Source: an uncultured virus (IMG/VR IMGVR_UViG_3300018080_000161) (taxonomy: Duplodnaviria; Heunggongvirae; Uroviricota; Caudoviricetes). From it: a DNA stretch of 64,000 bases. Shown here piece by piece: positions 19,379 to 26,665 of this stretch (the stretch's first letter is position 1; each line of letters opens with the position of its first letter). Made by a program: the position numbers and the translations under genes. The notes under the pieces are model-generated. The model did not search any database. It was not told the DNA's origin and saw nothing but the letters and a program-made list of their open reading frames with translations. Where the stretch lies: IMG/VR virus record IMGVR_UViG_3300018080_000161; one strand, given 5' to 3'.

Positions 19379-19677
19379 TGGCGAAAGACGATAGCCAGAG
19401 CACGGACAGCGGAAGCAATGGTGGGAACGGCATGACGCCCACGCAGAAGAAAGCCATGTTCGAAGCCTACGAGCAGTCCACCGAGGACTACAACGAGGCG
19501 ACAGACGCAGCCGAGAAGGCCAAGAAGGCCCGCTCGGACAAGGTGAAGGAGATCGCCACGAGACTGGGCAACGGGCCCTTCAGGTGGCGCGGCCAGACCC
19601 TGACCATCACGCGTCGTGGTGGTGAAGACGGGCTCTACTTCTTCACGCAGAAGAGGGAAGCCGACGAAATCGGCTGA
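19378..19677 (+). CDS. hypothetical coiled-coil protein
   Basis: ATG shares the A of the tRNA CCA; typical codon usage. Confidence 0.7.
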   Translation: MAKDDSQSTDSGSNGGNGMTPTQKKAMFEAYEQSTEDYNEATDAAEKAKKARSDKVKEIATRLGNGPFRWRGQTLTITRRGGEDGLYFFTQKREADEIG

Positions 19678-19716
19678 GGTTGTCAGAAGACAGGACACCC
19701 GAGCGTCCTAGACGCT

Positions 19717-19788
19717 GGGTCGGTAGCCAACGTGGAACGGCAGCGGATTGAAAATCCGCCTATGTGGGTTCGACTCCCGCCCGGCCCG
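19717..19788 (+). tRNA. tRNA-Phe(GAA)
   Basis: Cloverleaf; loop TT-GAA-AA. Confidence 0.9.
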
Positions 19789-19790
19789 CC

Positions 19791-19858
19791 GCGAGGCGAA
19801 GATCAGGGGTACATCGTACAACAATCACGAACCTTCCCTTGGTCGCTCTCATCCTCGC
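19791..19858 (+). ncRNA. Y RNA-like 1 (minimal, Ro-binding-type stem only)
   Basis: GCGAGG-CGAA-GATCAGGG...CCCTTGGTC-GCTCTCAT-CCTCGC; same stem as four other copies; upstream of TROVE gene. Confidence 0.75.
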
Positions 19859-19863
19859 ACTAT

Positions 19864-19936
19864 GGTGGCTGTAGCCTAAAGGTAGGGCGCCTGGTTGTGG
19901 TCCAGGTACGTGCGGGTTCGAGTCCCGTCAGTCACC
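19864..19936 (+). tRNA. tRNA-His(GTG)
   Basis: Cloverleaf with G-1/C73; loop TT-GTG-GT. Confidence 0.9.
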
Positions 19937-19938
19937 CT

Positions 19939-20097
19939 GAGATGAGGCGTTAGATAGGGGTACTTCGGTAAAAGCAACGAGTGAAAATCGTAGATTGTTG
20001 GTTCGACTCCAACCGGGCCCACCGCTGGCGCAAGCCGGCTTCTTCACGGGCCTGTAGCTAAAAAGCATGGTCCCTTGTCGCCCATCATCCTCATCTC
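19939..20097 (+). ncRNA. Y RNA-like 2 (YrlA-type permuted tRNA domain)
   Basis: GAGATGAGG/CCTCATCTC termini; T arm GTTGG-TTCGACT-CCAAC, then CGGGCCC/GGGCCTG stem, then TAGCT D arm. Confidence 0.8.
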
Positions 20098-20101
20098 TTT
20101 C

Positions 20102-20176
20102 GGGGGAGAAGCTCAACGGTCGAGCACGGAGCTGTTAACTCCGCCACTGCGGGTTCGAATCCCGTCTCCCCCTCCA
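20102..20176 (+). tRNA. tRNA-Asn(GTT)
   Basis: Cloverleaf with CCA; loop CT-GTT-AA. Confidence 0.9.
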
Positions 20177-20306
20177 CGCGAGGCGTAGATCAGAGCTACT
20201 TCGTTGGTTCGAATCCAATCTCACGCGCCAAAACTGCATGAGTAGCCGAGTGGTACAGGCACCCCACGCAATGGGGAAAACGGCTTTGGTCGCCATCATC
20301 CTCGCG
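20177..20306 (+). ncRNA. Y RNA-like 3 (YrlA-type)
   Basis: CGCGAGG/CCTCGCG termini; T arm TTGG-TTCGAAT-CCAA, capped acceptor-like stem, D arm TAGCCGAGTGGTACAGGC; 35 nt before TROVE gene. Confidence 0.85.
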
Positions 20307-20341
20307 TTCGTTTCTTCAGCCCCACCAACGGGAGGTGGATC

Positions 20342-21943
20342 ATGACGAGAGTACAGAACCTTTTCGGACGCACGCCGACGAGTTCGGCAGACACCAAGAA
20401 CTTCCACGGGATGCCCGCATGGACGCTGCCTCTTCCGGAGCGCTTCATTCAGGTGACCCTGACCAACACGCTCGGCAACACCTTCTACCTGAAGCAGAGC
20501 GACATGCTCGAGCAGACGAAGGAAGTGCACGCCGAGATGCTCAAGGCCGACCCCGCGTTCTACGCGAAGGGGCTCGTGTTCGCCCGCAACAAGGGCTACA
20601 TGCGCTCGCAGCCGGCCTACGGGCTCGCATGCCTCGCGAGGGATTCCAGGCCCGAGGCACGCCTTGCGTTCGCGCAGGCGTTCGGTGAGGTCATCCGCAC
20701 GCCCAACGACCTGAACGACTTCATGACCATCCACGCGTCTCTGGCGAATGGATCGATCGGAGGCCGTAGGGTCAAGCGGGTCATCGGCGCCTGGATGACG
20801 GAGAAGCTGAGCGAGTACTGGACGATCAAGTACGGCACCGAGCGCAAGGCTGGCTCCTACACGCTTCGCGACACCATGCAGCTCGTGCACCCGAAGACGG
20901 GCGAGCCGCGCCCGCTGTTCGACTACATCATGGGTGAGTCGGAGAAGCGGAAGGTGGACATCTCGACGCTGCCTCAGATTCAGCAGTTCGAGGCCCTCAA
21001 GAAGGCCAAGACCGACGAGGAGAAGATCGCTGCCATCAAGATCGGGCGGCTCCCTCACGAGGTCGTCACCCCGTTCATCGGGAGTTCGAAGAAGCTGTGG
21101 GAGGCCCTCGTGCCGAACCTTCCGATCTTCGCACTGCTCAAGAACCTGGCGACGCTCGAGCGGCAAGGGGTCATCGAGTCGTGCAAGGAAGAGGTTCTCC
21201 GGAAGCTCACCTCGCCGCAGATCATCCAGCGGTCCAAGATCCTGCCTTTTCGGTTCATCGAAGCGGAGAAGCACGTCACCGCGACGTGGGTCAAGGACGC
21301 CCTCCGTGACGCTGTCGAGCTCGCGTTCGACAACGTGCCCGAGATCCCAGGCAAGACCGCCGTGCTGCTCGACGTCTCGCCGAGCATGCAGCCGGGCATG
21401 GGTTGGTTCCACCACACGCCCTCCCCGGCAGACGCGGCCCGAGCGCTCATCGGCCCGGCTTCCGTGCTTTCGGTCGCGGTCGCCAAGAAGGCCAAGTGCG
21501 ACGTCGTCGCCTTCGACGGCTCGGCCAAGCGAATCAGCATCTCCCAGCGCGACTCCCTGCTCACGCAGGCGCAGAAGTTCTGGGGAGTCCACGTCCACCC
21601 GCGCGGCGGTACCAACCAGTCCGCTGCTCTCGACATCCTCCGTGTGGACAACGAGAAGGTGGACAACGTCGTCCTGCTGACTGACGGTGAGCAGAACATG
21701 GGTCGGCCCTTCGCGCAGGCCCTTCAGGAGTACCGCGTAGCCTTGTCCCGCAAGGCGAAGGTCTTCGTCATCGACGTCTCGCCTCATGGGCACGCGCTCA
21801 TGGCGCCTGACGACAAGAACGTCTACTGCGTGTCCGGTTGGTCGGATCAGATCCTCAACTTCATCGCGCTCGCGTCGCAGGGATGGACGTCCCTGGCCGA
21901 CCACGTGAAGTCGCTGGACCTCGAGACGGCGCCGAAGCCGTGA
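20342..21943 (+). CDS. rsr: Ro60/Rsr-like TROVE + vWA domain RNA-binding protein
   Basis: TNTLGNTFY, FAR..GYMRSQP, KY, LRD.MQLVHPK, ALLKNLATL, SKILPFRF, DVSPSM MIDAS, GGT, LTDGEQN, GWSD. Confidence 0.9.
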   Translation: MTRVQNLFGRTPTSSADTKNFHGMPAWTLPLPERFIQVTLTNTLGNTFYLKQSDMLEQTKEVHAEMLKADPAFYAKGLVFARNKGYMRSQPAYGLACLARDSRPEARLAFAQAFGEVIRTPNDLNDFMTIHASLANGSIGGRRVKRVIGAWMTEKLSEYWTIKYGTERKAGSYTLRDTMQLVHPKTGEPRPLFDYIMGESEKRKVDISTLPQIQQFEALKKAKTDEEKIAAIKIGRLPHEVVTPFIGSSKKLWEALVPNLPIFALLKNLATLERQGVIESCKEEVLRKLTSPQIIQRSKILPFRFIEAEKHVTATWVKDALRDAVELAFDNVPEIPGKTAVLLDVSPSMQPGMGWFHHTPSPADAARALIGPASVLSVAVAKKAKCDVVAFDGSAKRISISQRDSLLTQAQKFWGVHVHPRGGTNQSAALDILRVDNEKVDNVVLLTDGEQNMGRPFAQALQEYRVALSRKAKVFVIDVSPHGHALMAPDDKNVYCVSGWSDQILNFIALASQGWTSLADHVKSLDLETAPKP

Positions 21944-21953
21944 CATCCTTTCC

Positions 21954-21979
21954 GAAACGCGACCACGTGGTCGCGTTTC
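21954..21979. repeat. perfect 26-bp palindrome
   Basis: GAAACGCGACCAC|GTGGTCGCGTTTC; 16-bp core recurs at 38425-38440. Confidence 0.85.
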
Positions 21980-21984
21980 ACCTC

Positions 21985-22056
21985 CGGGGCGTTGGATAAT
22001 GGTGGTCCACTCGGTTTGGGTCCGAGACAACGCAGGTTCGATTCCTGTCGCCCCGA
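21985..22056 (+). tRNA. tRNA-Pro(TGG)
   Basis: Cloverleaf; loop TT-TGG-GT. Confidence 0.9.
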
Positions 22057-22074
22057 CTATGTTATCCTGTCGTC

Positions 22075-22329
22075 ATGAACGGCAGGATGCGTCGATTGCT
22101 AGAGCAGAACACCGTCGCCGTTGTGGCGGGGGAGTTCGGAGGCGAGATCATTCCGGGCGGGGAGGCCGAGGGGCGCAAGCCCTCCGACTTCGACCCCGAG
22201 CAGCTCGCACTGGGGACAGCGACCGAGATGGAGCACACGCACGACCCTCGCATGGCGATGGAGATTGCGATGGACCACCTCGTCGAAGACCCCGAGTACT
22301 ACACGAAGCTCTTGGCGATCGGTCTGTAG
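22075..22329 (+). CDS. DUF5661-like protein
   Basis: G...EMEHT.D...A.EIAMDHL.E.P.YYTKL; TG-T-TATCCT 6 nt before ATG. Confidence 0.75.
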   Translation: MNGRMRRLLEQNTVAVVAGEFGGEIIPGGEAEGRKPSDFDPEQLALGTATEMEHTHDPRMAMEIAMDHLVEDPEYYTKLLAIGL

Positions 22330-22331
22330 GC

Positions 22332-22407
22332 GTCCCTGTAGCACAATGGATCGTGCAGCGGCTTCCTAAGCCGACGGGTGCAGGTTCGAGTCCTGCCAGG
22401 GACACCA
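22332..22407 (+). tRNA. tRNA-Arg(CCT)
   Basis: Cloverleaf with CCA; loop TT-CCT-AA. Confidence 0.9.
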
Positions 22408-22408
22408 T

Positions 22409-22484
22409 CCCGCATGAAGCTGCTGGGTAGGCTGTCCGACTGTCTCTCGGATGTTGACGGGTTCGATTCCCGTATGCGGGGCCA
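22409..22484 (+). tRNA. tRNA-Asp(GTC)
   Basis: CCCGCAT/ATGCGGG acceptor, CCA; loop CT-GTC-TC. Confidence 0.85.
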
Positions 22485-22669
22485 TGTTCGACGAAGACCT
22501 CTTCCACTGCCCGAACTGCGATCGGCAAATCCGGATGGTGAAGCCCCCGGTGAGGAGCGAGGTCGTCGCCGAGAACGAGGCTTGGGTCTGCCGGTGGTGC
22601 GACACGTACGTGTGCATCTACTGCTACCTCGAGCACACGAAGGAGAAGCATGGGAGAGGCTCTGGGTAA
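22484..22669 (+). CDS. small zinc-finger protein
   Basis: CPNC, CRWC, CIYC..EH; ATG shares the A of tRNA CCA. Confidence 0.6.
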   Translation: MFDEDLFHCPNCDRQIRMVKPPVRSEVVAENEAWVCRWCDTYVCIYCYLEHTKEKHGRGSG

Positions 22670-22723
22670 GCGGGTTGGTCTCCAAAACCGACCGTCTGGG
22701 GAGTTCGATTCTCCCATCTCCTG
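22652..22723 (+). tRNA. tRNA-Trp(CCA)
   Basis: Loop CT-CCA-AA, T arm; reduced D arm. Confidence 0.75.
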
Positions 22724-22736
22724 CTAGGAGGCGACG

Positions 22737-22964
22737 ATGCGCATGGCGTCAGAAGATCAGATCGACGACTGGATTCTTCAAGAGCTTGAGCGGTGGCCCG
22801 GCACCTTGAGCTACCACGAGCTTCAGTGGACCGTGTTTCGAACGTGGCCTCACCGAAATGCGCGCTCGAGAGAGCACACCAGGATCATTCGACGACGGCT
22901 GAAGTGGTTGAGCCTTCACGGGTTCATCTACGCCGTGGGCGGATGCTGGTACATCGTCGAATGA
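22737..22964 (+). CDS. small hypothetical (winged-helix-like) protein
   Basis: AGGAGG SD. Confidence 0.55.
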   Translation: MRMASEDQIDDWILQELERWPGTLSYHELQWTVFRTWPHRNARSREHTRIIRRRLKWLSLHGFIYAVGGCWYIVE

Positions 22965-22965
22965 C

Positions 22966-23040
22966 GGTACCGGACGGATCGGTTACCCTGTTCCGCCTGA
23001 TAAGCGGAGCGTCCGAGTTCGACTCTCGGCGGTACCACCA
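22966..23040 (+). tRNA. tRNA-Ile(GAT)
   Basis: GGTACCG/CGGTACC acceptor, CCA; loop CT-GAT-AA; weak D arm. Confidence 0.8.
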
Positions 23041-23041
23041 T

Positions 23042-23116
23042 GGGGTCGTAGTGATAATGGGAGCACACTGCCCTCGCACGGCAGTAGTAGGGGTTCGACT
23101 CCCCTCGATTCCACCA
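23042..23116 (+). tRNA. tRNA-Ala(CGC)
   Basis: G3:U70, CCA; loop CT-CGC-AC. Confidence 0.9.
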
Positions 23117-23129
23117 CGGAGGCATAGAC

Positions 23130-23429
23130 ATGCGCATTGACATCTACGTGATCCTCGAGCCCGGCGCCGACCGGCCGTACCTCTCGACGACGCCGCCAGT
23201 CGGCTACGCCAAGACCAAGCCAGGCGCCAAGATCTTCGTCATCGAGGCCGAGCTCCCAGACTTCGTCGAAGTCGACGGCAAGGTCCAAGCCTTGACCAAG
23301 GAGATCAGCCTCGAGCAGCTCGAGGGAGGTGCTGTCAGCATCGGACAGCGCACCGTCGCCGACATCGATCCAGAGATGTCCCAGCACAACGTGGACGCCG
23401 TGAGACACGCGATGAACAAGGGGTCGTAG
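23130..23429 (+). CDS. hypothetical protein
   Basis: GGAGG SD; stop is U8-A9-G10 of next tRNA. Confidence 0.7.
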   Translation: MRIDIYVILEPGADRPYLSTTPPVGYAKTKPGAKIFVIEAELPDFVEVDGKVQALTKEISLEQLEGGAVSIGQRTVADIDPEMSQHNVDAVRHAMNKGS

Positions 23430-23493
23430 CTCAATTCGGGAGAGCGCTTGCCTGGCAGGCAAGGGGCTGCGGGTTCGAGTCCCGTCGATTCCA
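23420..23493 (+). tRNA. tRNA-Ala(GGC)
   Basis: G3:U70; loop CT-GGC-AG. Confidence 0.9.
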
Positions 23494-23591
23494 CTCTGAC
23501 GAGGCCGTCATGCACGGGCGTGGTGGTAGAACACCAGGTGTCCTTTCATTTCCTTGGCCGGACACGGAAGAAGGCCGTCTCGTCGGGTACT

Positions 23592-23662
23592 GGGGGTGTA
23601 GCTCAACGGGAGAGCACTGCGCTTGCACCGCAGGGATGAGGGTTCGACTCCCTTCACTTCCA
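23592..23662 (+). tRNA. tRNA-Ala(TGC)
   Basis: G3:U70; loop CT-TGC-AC. Confidence 0.9.
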
Positions 23663-23679
23663 CTGATAGGATGGTGCGC

Positions 23680-24507
23680 ATGGACGTCGTCGAAGCTGTC
23701 AAGAACGGGCTAGCCAACTTCACCTGGTCCGAGATCATCAACGAGAAGGACGGGATCAGGATGACCTTCAGCGTCTTCTCGGACGCTCTGAAGATCGTTC
23801 ACGTCGAACCGGACACGGGCGAGGCCGTCCAGGTCCGCGTCATGGTCACCTCCGTCGAGGCGCAGCAGATCGCCGACCTGCTCGGCTGCATGTGCACGAC
23901 GCCCCTGGTCGAAGACCTCATCGCGAGGCAGGCCGAGGTGACCATCAAGCCCATCACGCAGATCGACGGCAACATCTGCGCGGTCTCGACCGACACCCGG
24001 CACTCGGAGCTCGTCGATGCGGAGCTCGCGAAGGTCGAAAACTACGAGGACGGGATGCTCATCAACACGGTGGGCAAGAGCTGGGTCCTGGTCAACAAGC
24101 TGGCCCATCCCGAGCAGCTCAAGTTCGGTATCCACCAAGCCTACAACTACGGCTGGATCCACCCGAGCGCGGTGTACTGGTCGGTCACCATGCTCAAGTG
24201 CTGGCAGACGGTCGGCGGAGCTCACAACGACGAGCACGAGGACCCGAGCCAGACCTGCCGCCTGATGGGCAAGTGGGTCAAGGTCGAGCACCTCGAGACC
24301 GGCGAGGAGTACTACGTCGAGGTCGAGACGGCCGGTCCCGACCCGGAGCTTGGAAAACTCATCTCGCACGAGGGCACGCTCCAAGTCTTCCGCCAGCCGT
24401 CCGTGCCCGAGCCCGAGGAGAAGGTCATCGTGCTGCCCGAGGTCATCGTGTACGGCACGCCCCCGACCACTCCGACACTCCGCGAACTGAAACCCCTCAA
24501 AGTCTAG
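23680..24507 (+). CDS. hypothetical protein (possible metal-dependent enzyme)
   Basis: GKSW, NYGW, HNDEHEDPSQ motifs; TG-A-TAGGAT 7 nt before ATG. Confidence 0.7.
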   Translation: MDVVEAVKNGLANFTWSEIINEKDGIRMTFSVFSDALKIVHVEPDTGEAVQVRVMVTSVEAQQIADLLGCMCTTPLVEDLIARQAEVTIKPITQIDGNICAVSTDTRHSELVDAELAKVENYEDGMLINTVGKSWVLVNKLAHPEQLKFGIHQAYNYGWIHPSAVYWSVTMLKCWQTVGGAHNDEHEDPSQTCRLMGKWVKVEHLETGEEYYVEVETAGPDPELGKLISHEGTLQVFRQPSVPEPEEKVIVLPEVIVYGTPPTTPTLRELKPLKV

Positions 24508-24580
24508 CCACTGTAGCTCCAAGGTGGAGCACGCCCCCGGTACGGGTGAGGTCCGAGTTCGATTCTCGGCAGTGGCTCCA
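24507..24580 (+). tRNA. tRNA-Thr(GGT)
   Basis: Cloverleaf with CCA; loop CC-GGT-AC (C33). Confidence 0.85.
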
Positions 24581-24582
24581 TT

Positions 24583-24655
24583 GCAGGCGATGTCCAAGGA
24601 GGGCAAGTAGGCTTCCAACCTACCGGGCCGGGTTCGATTCCCGGCGTCTGCTCCA
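24583..24655 (+). tRNA. tRNA-Gly(TCC)
   Basis: Cloverleaf with CCA; loop CT-TCC-AA. Confidence 0.9.
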
Positions 24656-24656
24656 T

Positions 24657-24728
24657 GCGGGCAATGTTCCAAGGTGGGACGCCGCGTTGCCAACGCGGTC
24701 TCGGTGGGTTCGATTCCCACTGCCCGCT
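24657..24728 (+). tRNA. tRNA-Gly(GCC)
   Basis: Cloverleaf; loop TT-GCC-AA. Confidence 0.9.
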
Positions 24729-24783
24729 CTATTGAATCGAAAGTGCTTGACAAGCGCGACGACAGTTGATAAGGCTCGCTAGC

Positions 24784-24996
24784 ATGTCCACGAGCCCGTG
24801 CGACGTGTGTGGGAAGGAAGTCCCCGTGCCGAAGGTGCAACGCCTCGGCTGGGTCGACGGGCACCTGTTCGACTTCAAGCACGGGCAGCTCATCCTGATG
24901 AAGATCAGGTGCAAGAAGCATCTGCACGAGACGGACCCCAGCTTCAAGCCTGGCGGGTTCGAATACCCGAGCACCAAGAATCTTCTGGCGCGATAG
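24784..24996 (+). CDS. small Cys/His-containing protein
   Basis: CDVC...CKKH; stop is U8-A9-G10 of tRNA-Cys; TTGACA at 24747. Confidence 0.6.
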   Translation: MSTSPCDVCGKEVPVPKVQRLGWVDGHLFDFKHGQLILMKIRCKKHLHETDPSFKPGGFEYPSTKNLLAR

Positions 24997-25059
24997 CCAA
25001 CTGGGAAAGGCCCCCGTCTGCAAAACGGGTACTGCCGGGTTCGATTCCCGGTCGCGCCT
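24987..25059 (+). tRNA. tRNA-Cys(GCA)
   Basis: Cloverleaf, U73; loop CT-GCA-AA. Confidence 0.9.
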
Positions 25060-25101
25060 CTGAGGCCCCGTTCTGCCTCGGTGGATCGAGGTGCCTCGTC
25101 T

Positions 25102-25172
25102 GCCACCGTAGCTCTGAGGCAGAGTGCCGGTTTTGTACTCCGGTGGTCCCGGTTCGACTCCGGGCGGTGGCT
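25102..25172 (+). tRNA. tRNA-Thr(TGT)
   Basis: Cloverleaf; loop TT-TGT-AC. Confidence 0.85.
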
Positions 25173-25176
25173 CTGC

Positions 25177-25205
25177 TTGACAATCACAACAGCACTGGTT
25201 ATGCT
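25177..25205 (+). promoter_or_regulatory. promoter whose -10 overlaps tRNA-Glu 5' end
   Basis: TTGACA-17-TATGCT. Confidence 0.55.
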
Positions 25206-25276
25206 CCCATCTGACTAACCGGATAGGTGGTGGCCCTCTCAAGGCCAAGGTGCGGGTTCGAGTCCCGCTGGGAGCA
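25203..25276 (+). tRNA. tRNA-Glu(CTC)
   Basis: Cloverleaf; loop CT-CTC-AA. Confidence 0.85.
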
Positions 25277-25279
25277 CCG

Positions 25280-25663
25280 ATGGAAGAAGCGGCAGACCTT
25301 CTCGCAATAGGATCTCAACTCGTGGAGCTCGGCGGCGAGCTCAAGAAGAAGAAAGCCGAGAGGGAGGAGCTCGACAAGGAAATCGCCGCGCTCGAGGAGA
25401 AGCTGCGCCCCCTCGTGGTCCAACACACGCAGCTCCTGAGCGACCTGGTCGGCACGCCTCCCCCTGCTGCCACCTCCGTGGCGGGCTCTGACCCGGTCGT
25501 GAAGGGCTCGGCGCCCATCAACGAGCAACTACGCAAGCGACTGACCGACTACCTCGCCAAGGCCGACCCAGGCATCTCCGCGTTCGAAATCGCGGAGGCC
25601 CTCAAGGTCGACCCCACACTGGTGCGGGAAGTCATGCGGGACCTAGCCAAAGGCAAGGTCTGA
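25280..25663 (+). CDS. coiled-coil plus C-terminal HTH-like protein
   Basis: Heptads then SAFEIAEALKVDPTLVREVMRDL. Confidence 0.7.
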   Translation: MEEAADLLAIGSQLVELGGELKKKKAEREELDKEIAALEEKLRPLVVQHTQLLSDLVGTPPPAATSVAGSDPVVKGSAPINEQLRKRLTDYLAKADPGISAFEIAEALKVDPTLVREVMRDLAKGKV

Positions 25664-25733
25664 GTCCCCGTGCCGATGGACGGCAGTCGGTCTTCTAAAC
25701 CGATCCTTGCAGGTTCGAGTCCTGCCGGGGATG
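25664..25733 (+). tRNA. tRNA-Arg(TCT)
   Basis: Loop CT-TCT-AA; short D arm. Confidence 0.85.
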
Positions 25734-25737
25734 CCGA

Positions 25738-25812
25738 GGCCCTCTAGTGAAATGGACATCACACGTGACTACGGATCACGGAATCCGGGTTCGAATCCTG
25801 GGAGGGCTGCCA
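25738..25812 (+). tRNA. tRNA-Arg(ACG)
   Basis: Cloverleaf with CCA; loop CT-ACG-GA. Confidence 0.9.
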
Positions 25813-26004
25813 ATGAGAACGTCAGAACCGCACGAGCACGGCCGACCCCTGGGCGACGTCCGAGGAGTCGTCTGGGCGATGCTCCGAGGCATCTCGGATC
25901 CGAGAACATGGCGGTCGAAGTGTGCTCGCTGTGGGCGCACCGGTCAGTGGCATTGGTCGAAACGATCCGTCCTGCAATGCAGGCGGTTCAAGTCCTTCTG
26001 GTGA
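25813..26004 (+). CDS. small hypothetical protein
   Basis: ATG immediately after CCA; CARC motif; fills spacer. Confidence 0.4.
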   Translation: MRTSEPHEHGRPLGDVRGVVWAMLRGISDPRTWRSKCARCGRTGQWHWSKRSVLQCRRFKSFW

Positions 26005-26063
26005 AATGGAGATCATGCAACCCTCCGAAGGTTGTGTTCCCGGTTCGACTCCGGGGAAGGACG
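25992..26063 (+). tRNA. tRNA-Arg(CCG)
   Basis: Cloverleaf; loop CT-CCG-AA. Confidence 0.9.
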
Positions 26064-26068
26064 CTCAT

Positions 26069-26144
26069 AGCGGGGTGGAGGAGTCTGGTCGTCCTCGCGA
26101 GTTTCATAATCTCGAGACCGCAGGTTCAAATCCTGCTCCCGCAT
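26069..26144 (+). tRNA. tRNA-Met(CAT), initiator-like
   Basis: GCGGGGTGGAG start, 1:72 mismatch, TTCAAAT T loop; loop TT-CAT-AA. Confidence 0.8.
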
Positions 26145-26146
26145 CC

Positions 26147-26215
26147 GGCAGCATCCCAAGGTGGGAGGCGCGGCTCATATCCGCGACCGCGAGGGTTCGT
26201 GTCCCTCTGCTGCCA
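26147..26215 (+). tRNA. tRNA-Met(CAT), elongator or Ile2
   Basis: GGCAGCA/TGCTGCC acceptor; loop CT-CAT-AT. Confidence 0.75.
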
Positions 26216-26216
26216 C

Positions 26217-26351
26217 CGACGAGGCGTAGTGCAGGGCTACTTCGCATTGCAAGCCCGAAACGGAGGTTCAAATCCTCCTCCCGCTATGAAGCGGGATCGT
26301 CTAGTGGTCAGGACGCGGTACAAGGAACCTTGTGCGTCATCATCCTCGTCG
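26217..26351 (+). ncRNA. Y RNA-like 4 (YrlA-type)
   Basis: CGACGAGG/CCTCGTCG termini; T arm GGAGG-TTCAAAT-CCTCC; capped stem TCCCGCT-ATGA-AGCGGGA; D arm TCGTCTAGTGGTCAGGACG. Confidence 0.85.
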
Positions 26352-26354
26352 TCT

Positions 26355-26431
26355 GCCGGGGTCGACCAATTGGTAGGTCACCAGCCTTTGAAGCTGGCAC
26401 TGTCTGGGTTCGAATCCCAGTCCCGGTTCCA
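26355..26431 (+). tRNA. tRNA-Gln(TTG)
   Basis: Cloverleaf with CCA; loop CT-TTG-AA. Confidence 0.9.
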
Positions 26432-26538
26432 AGCGAGGCGTAGATCAGGAGTTCATCGTGATTGGTTCACTGCGTGTCATCAAAACATGCCTAGCCGGTT
26501 CGAGTCCGGAAGCTCTCTTGGTCGCTATCATCCTCGCT
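26432..26538 (+). ncRNA. Y RNA-like 5 (canonical-order D/anticodon/T arms)
   Basis: AGCGAGG/CCTCGCT termini with shared stem; GTGA-TTGGT-TCAC, GCGTGT-CATCAAA-ACATGC, CCGG-TTCGAGT-CCGG. Confidence 0.75.
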
Positions 26539-26543
26539 TTCTA

Positions 26544-26615
26544 CGGAGTGAAGGCTCAAGGTGGGCCCCCTGTTTCGGGAACAGGCGTTGGCGGGTTCGA
26601 TTCCCGCTGCTCCGA
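26544..26615 (+). tRNA. tRNA-Pro(CGG)
   Basis: Cloverleaf; loop TT-CGG-GA. Confidence 0.85.
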
Positions 26616-26665
26616 CTGGTATGCTCCCCTCCATGGGGAAGGGGTGCGAATGCCAAAGAGGAATT

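Noticed and set aside
26432..26538. Selenocysteine or opal suppressor tRNA
   Set aside because: No acceptor stem or CCA and no long variable arm; the ends form the shared Y-like stem
19791..26538. CRISPR array or simple repeats from the recurring GAGGCGTAGATCAG / ATCATCCTCG motifs
   Set aside because: Irregular spacing, paired 5' and 3' motifs with covariation, and no cas genes
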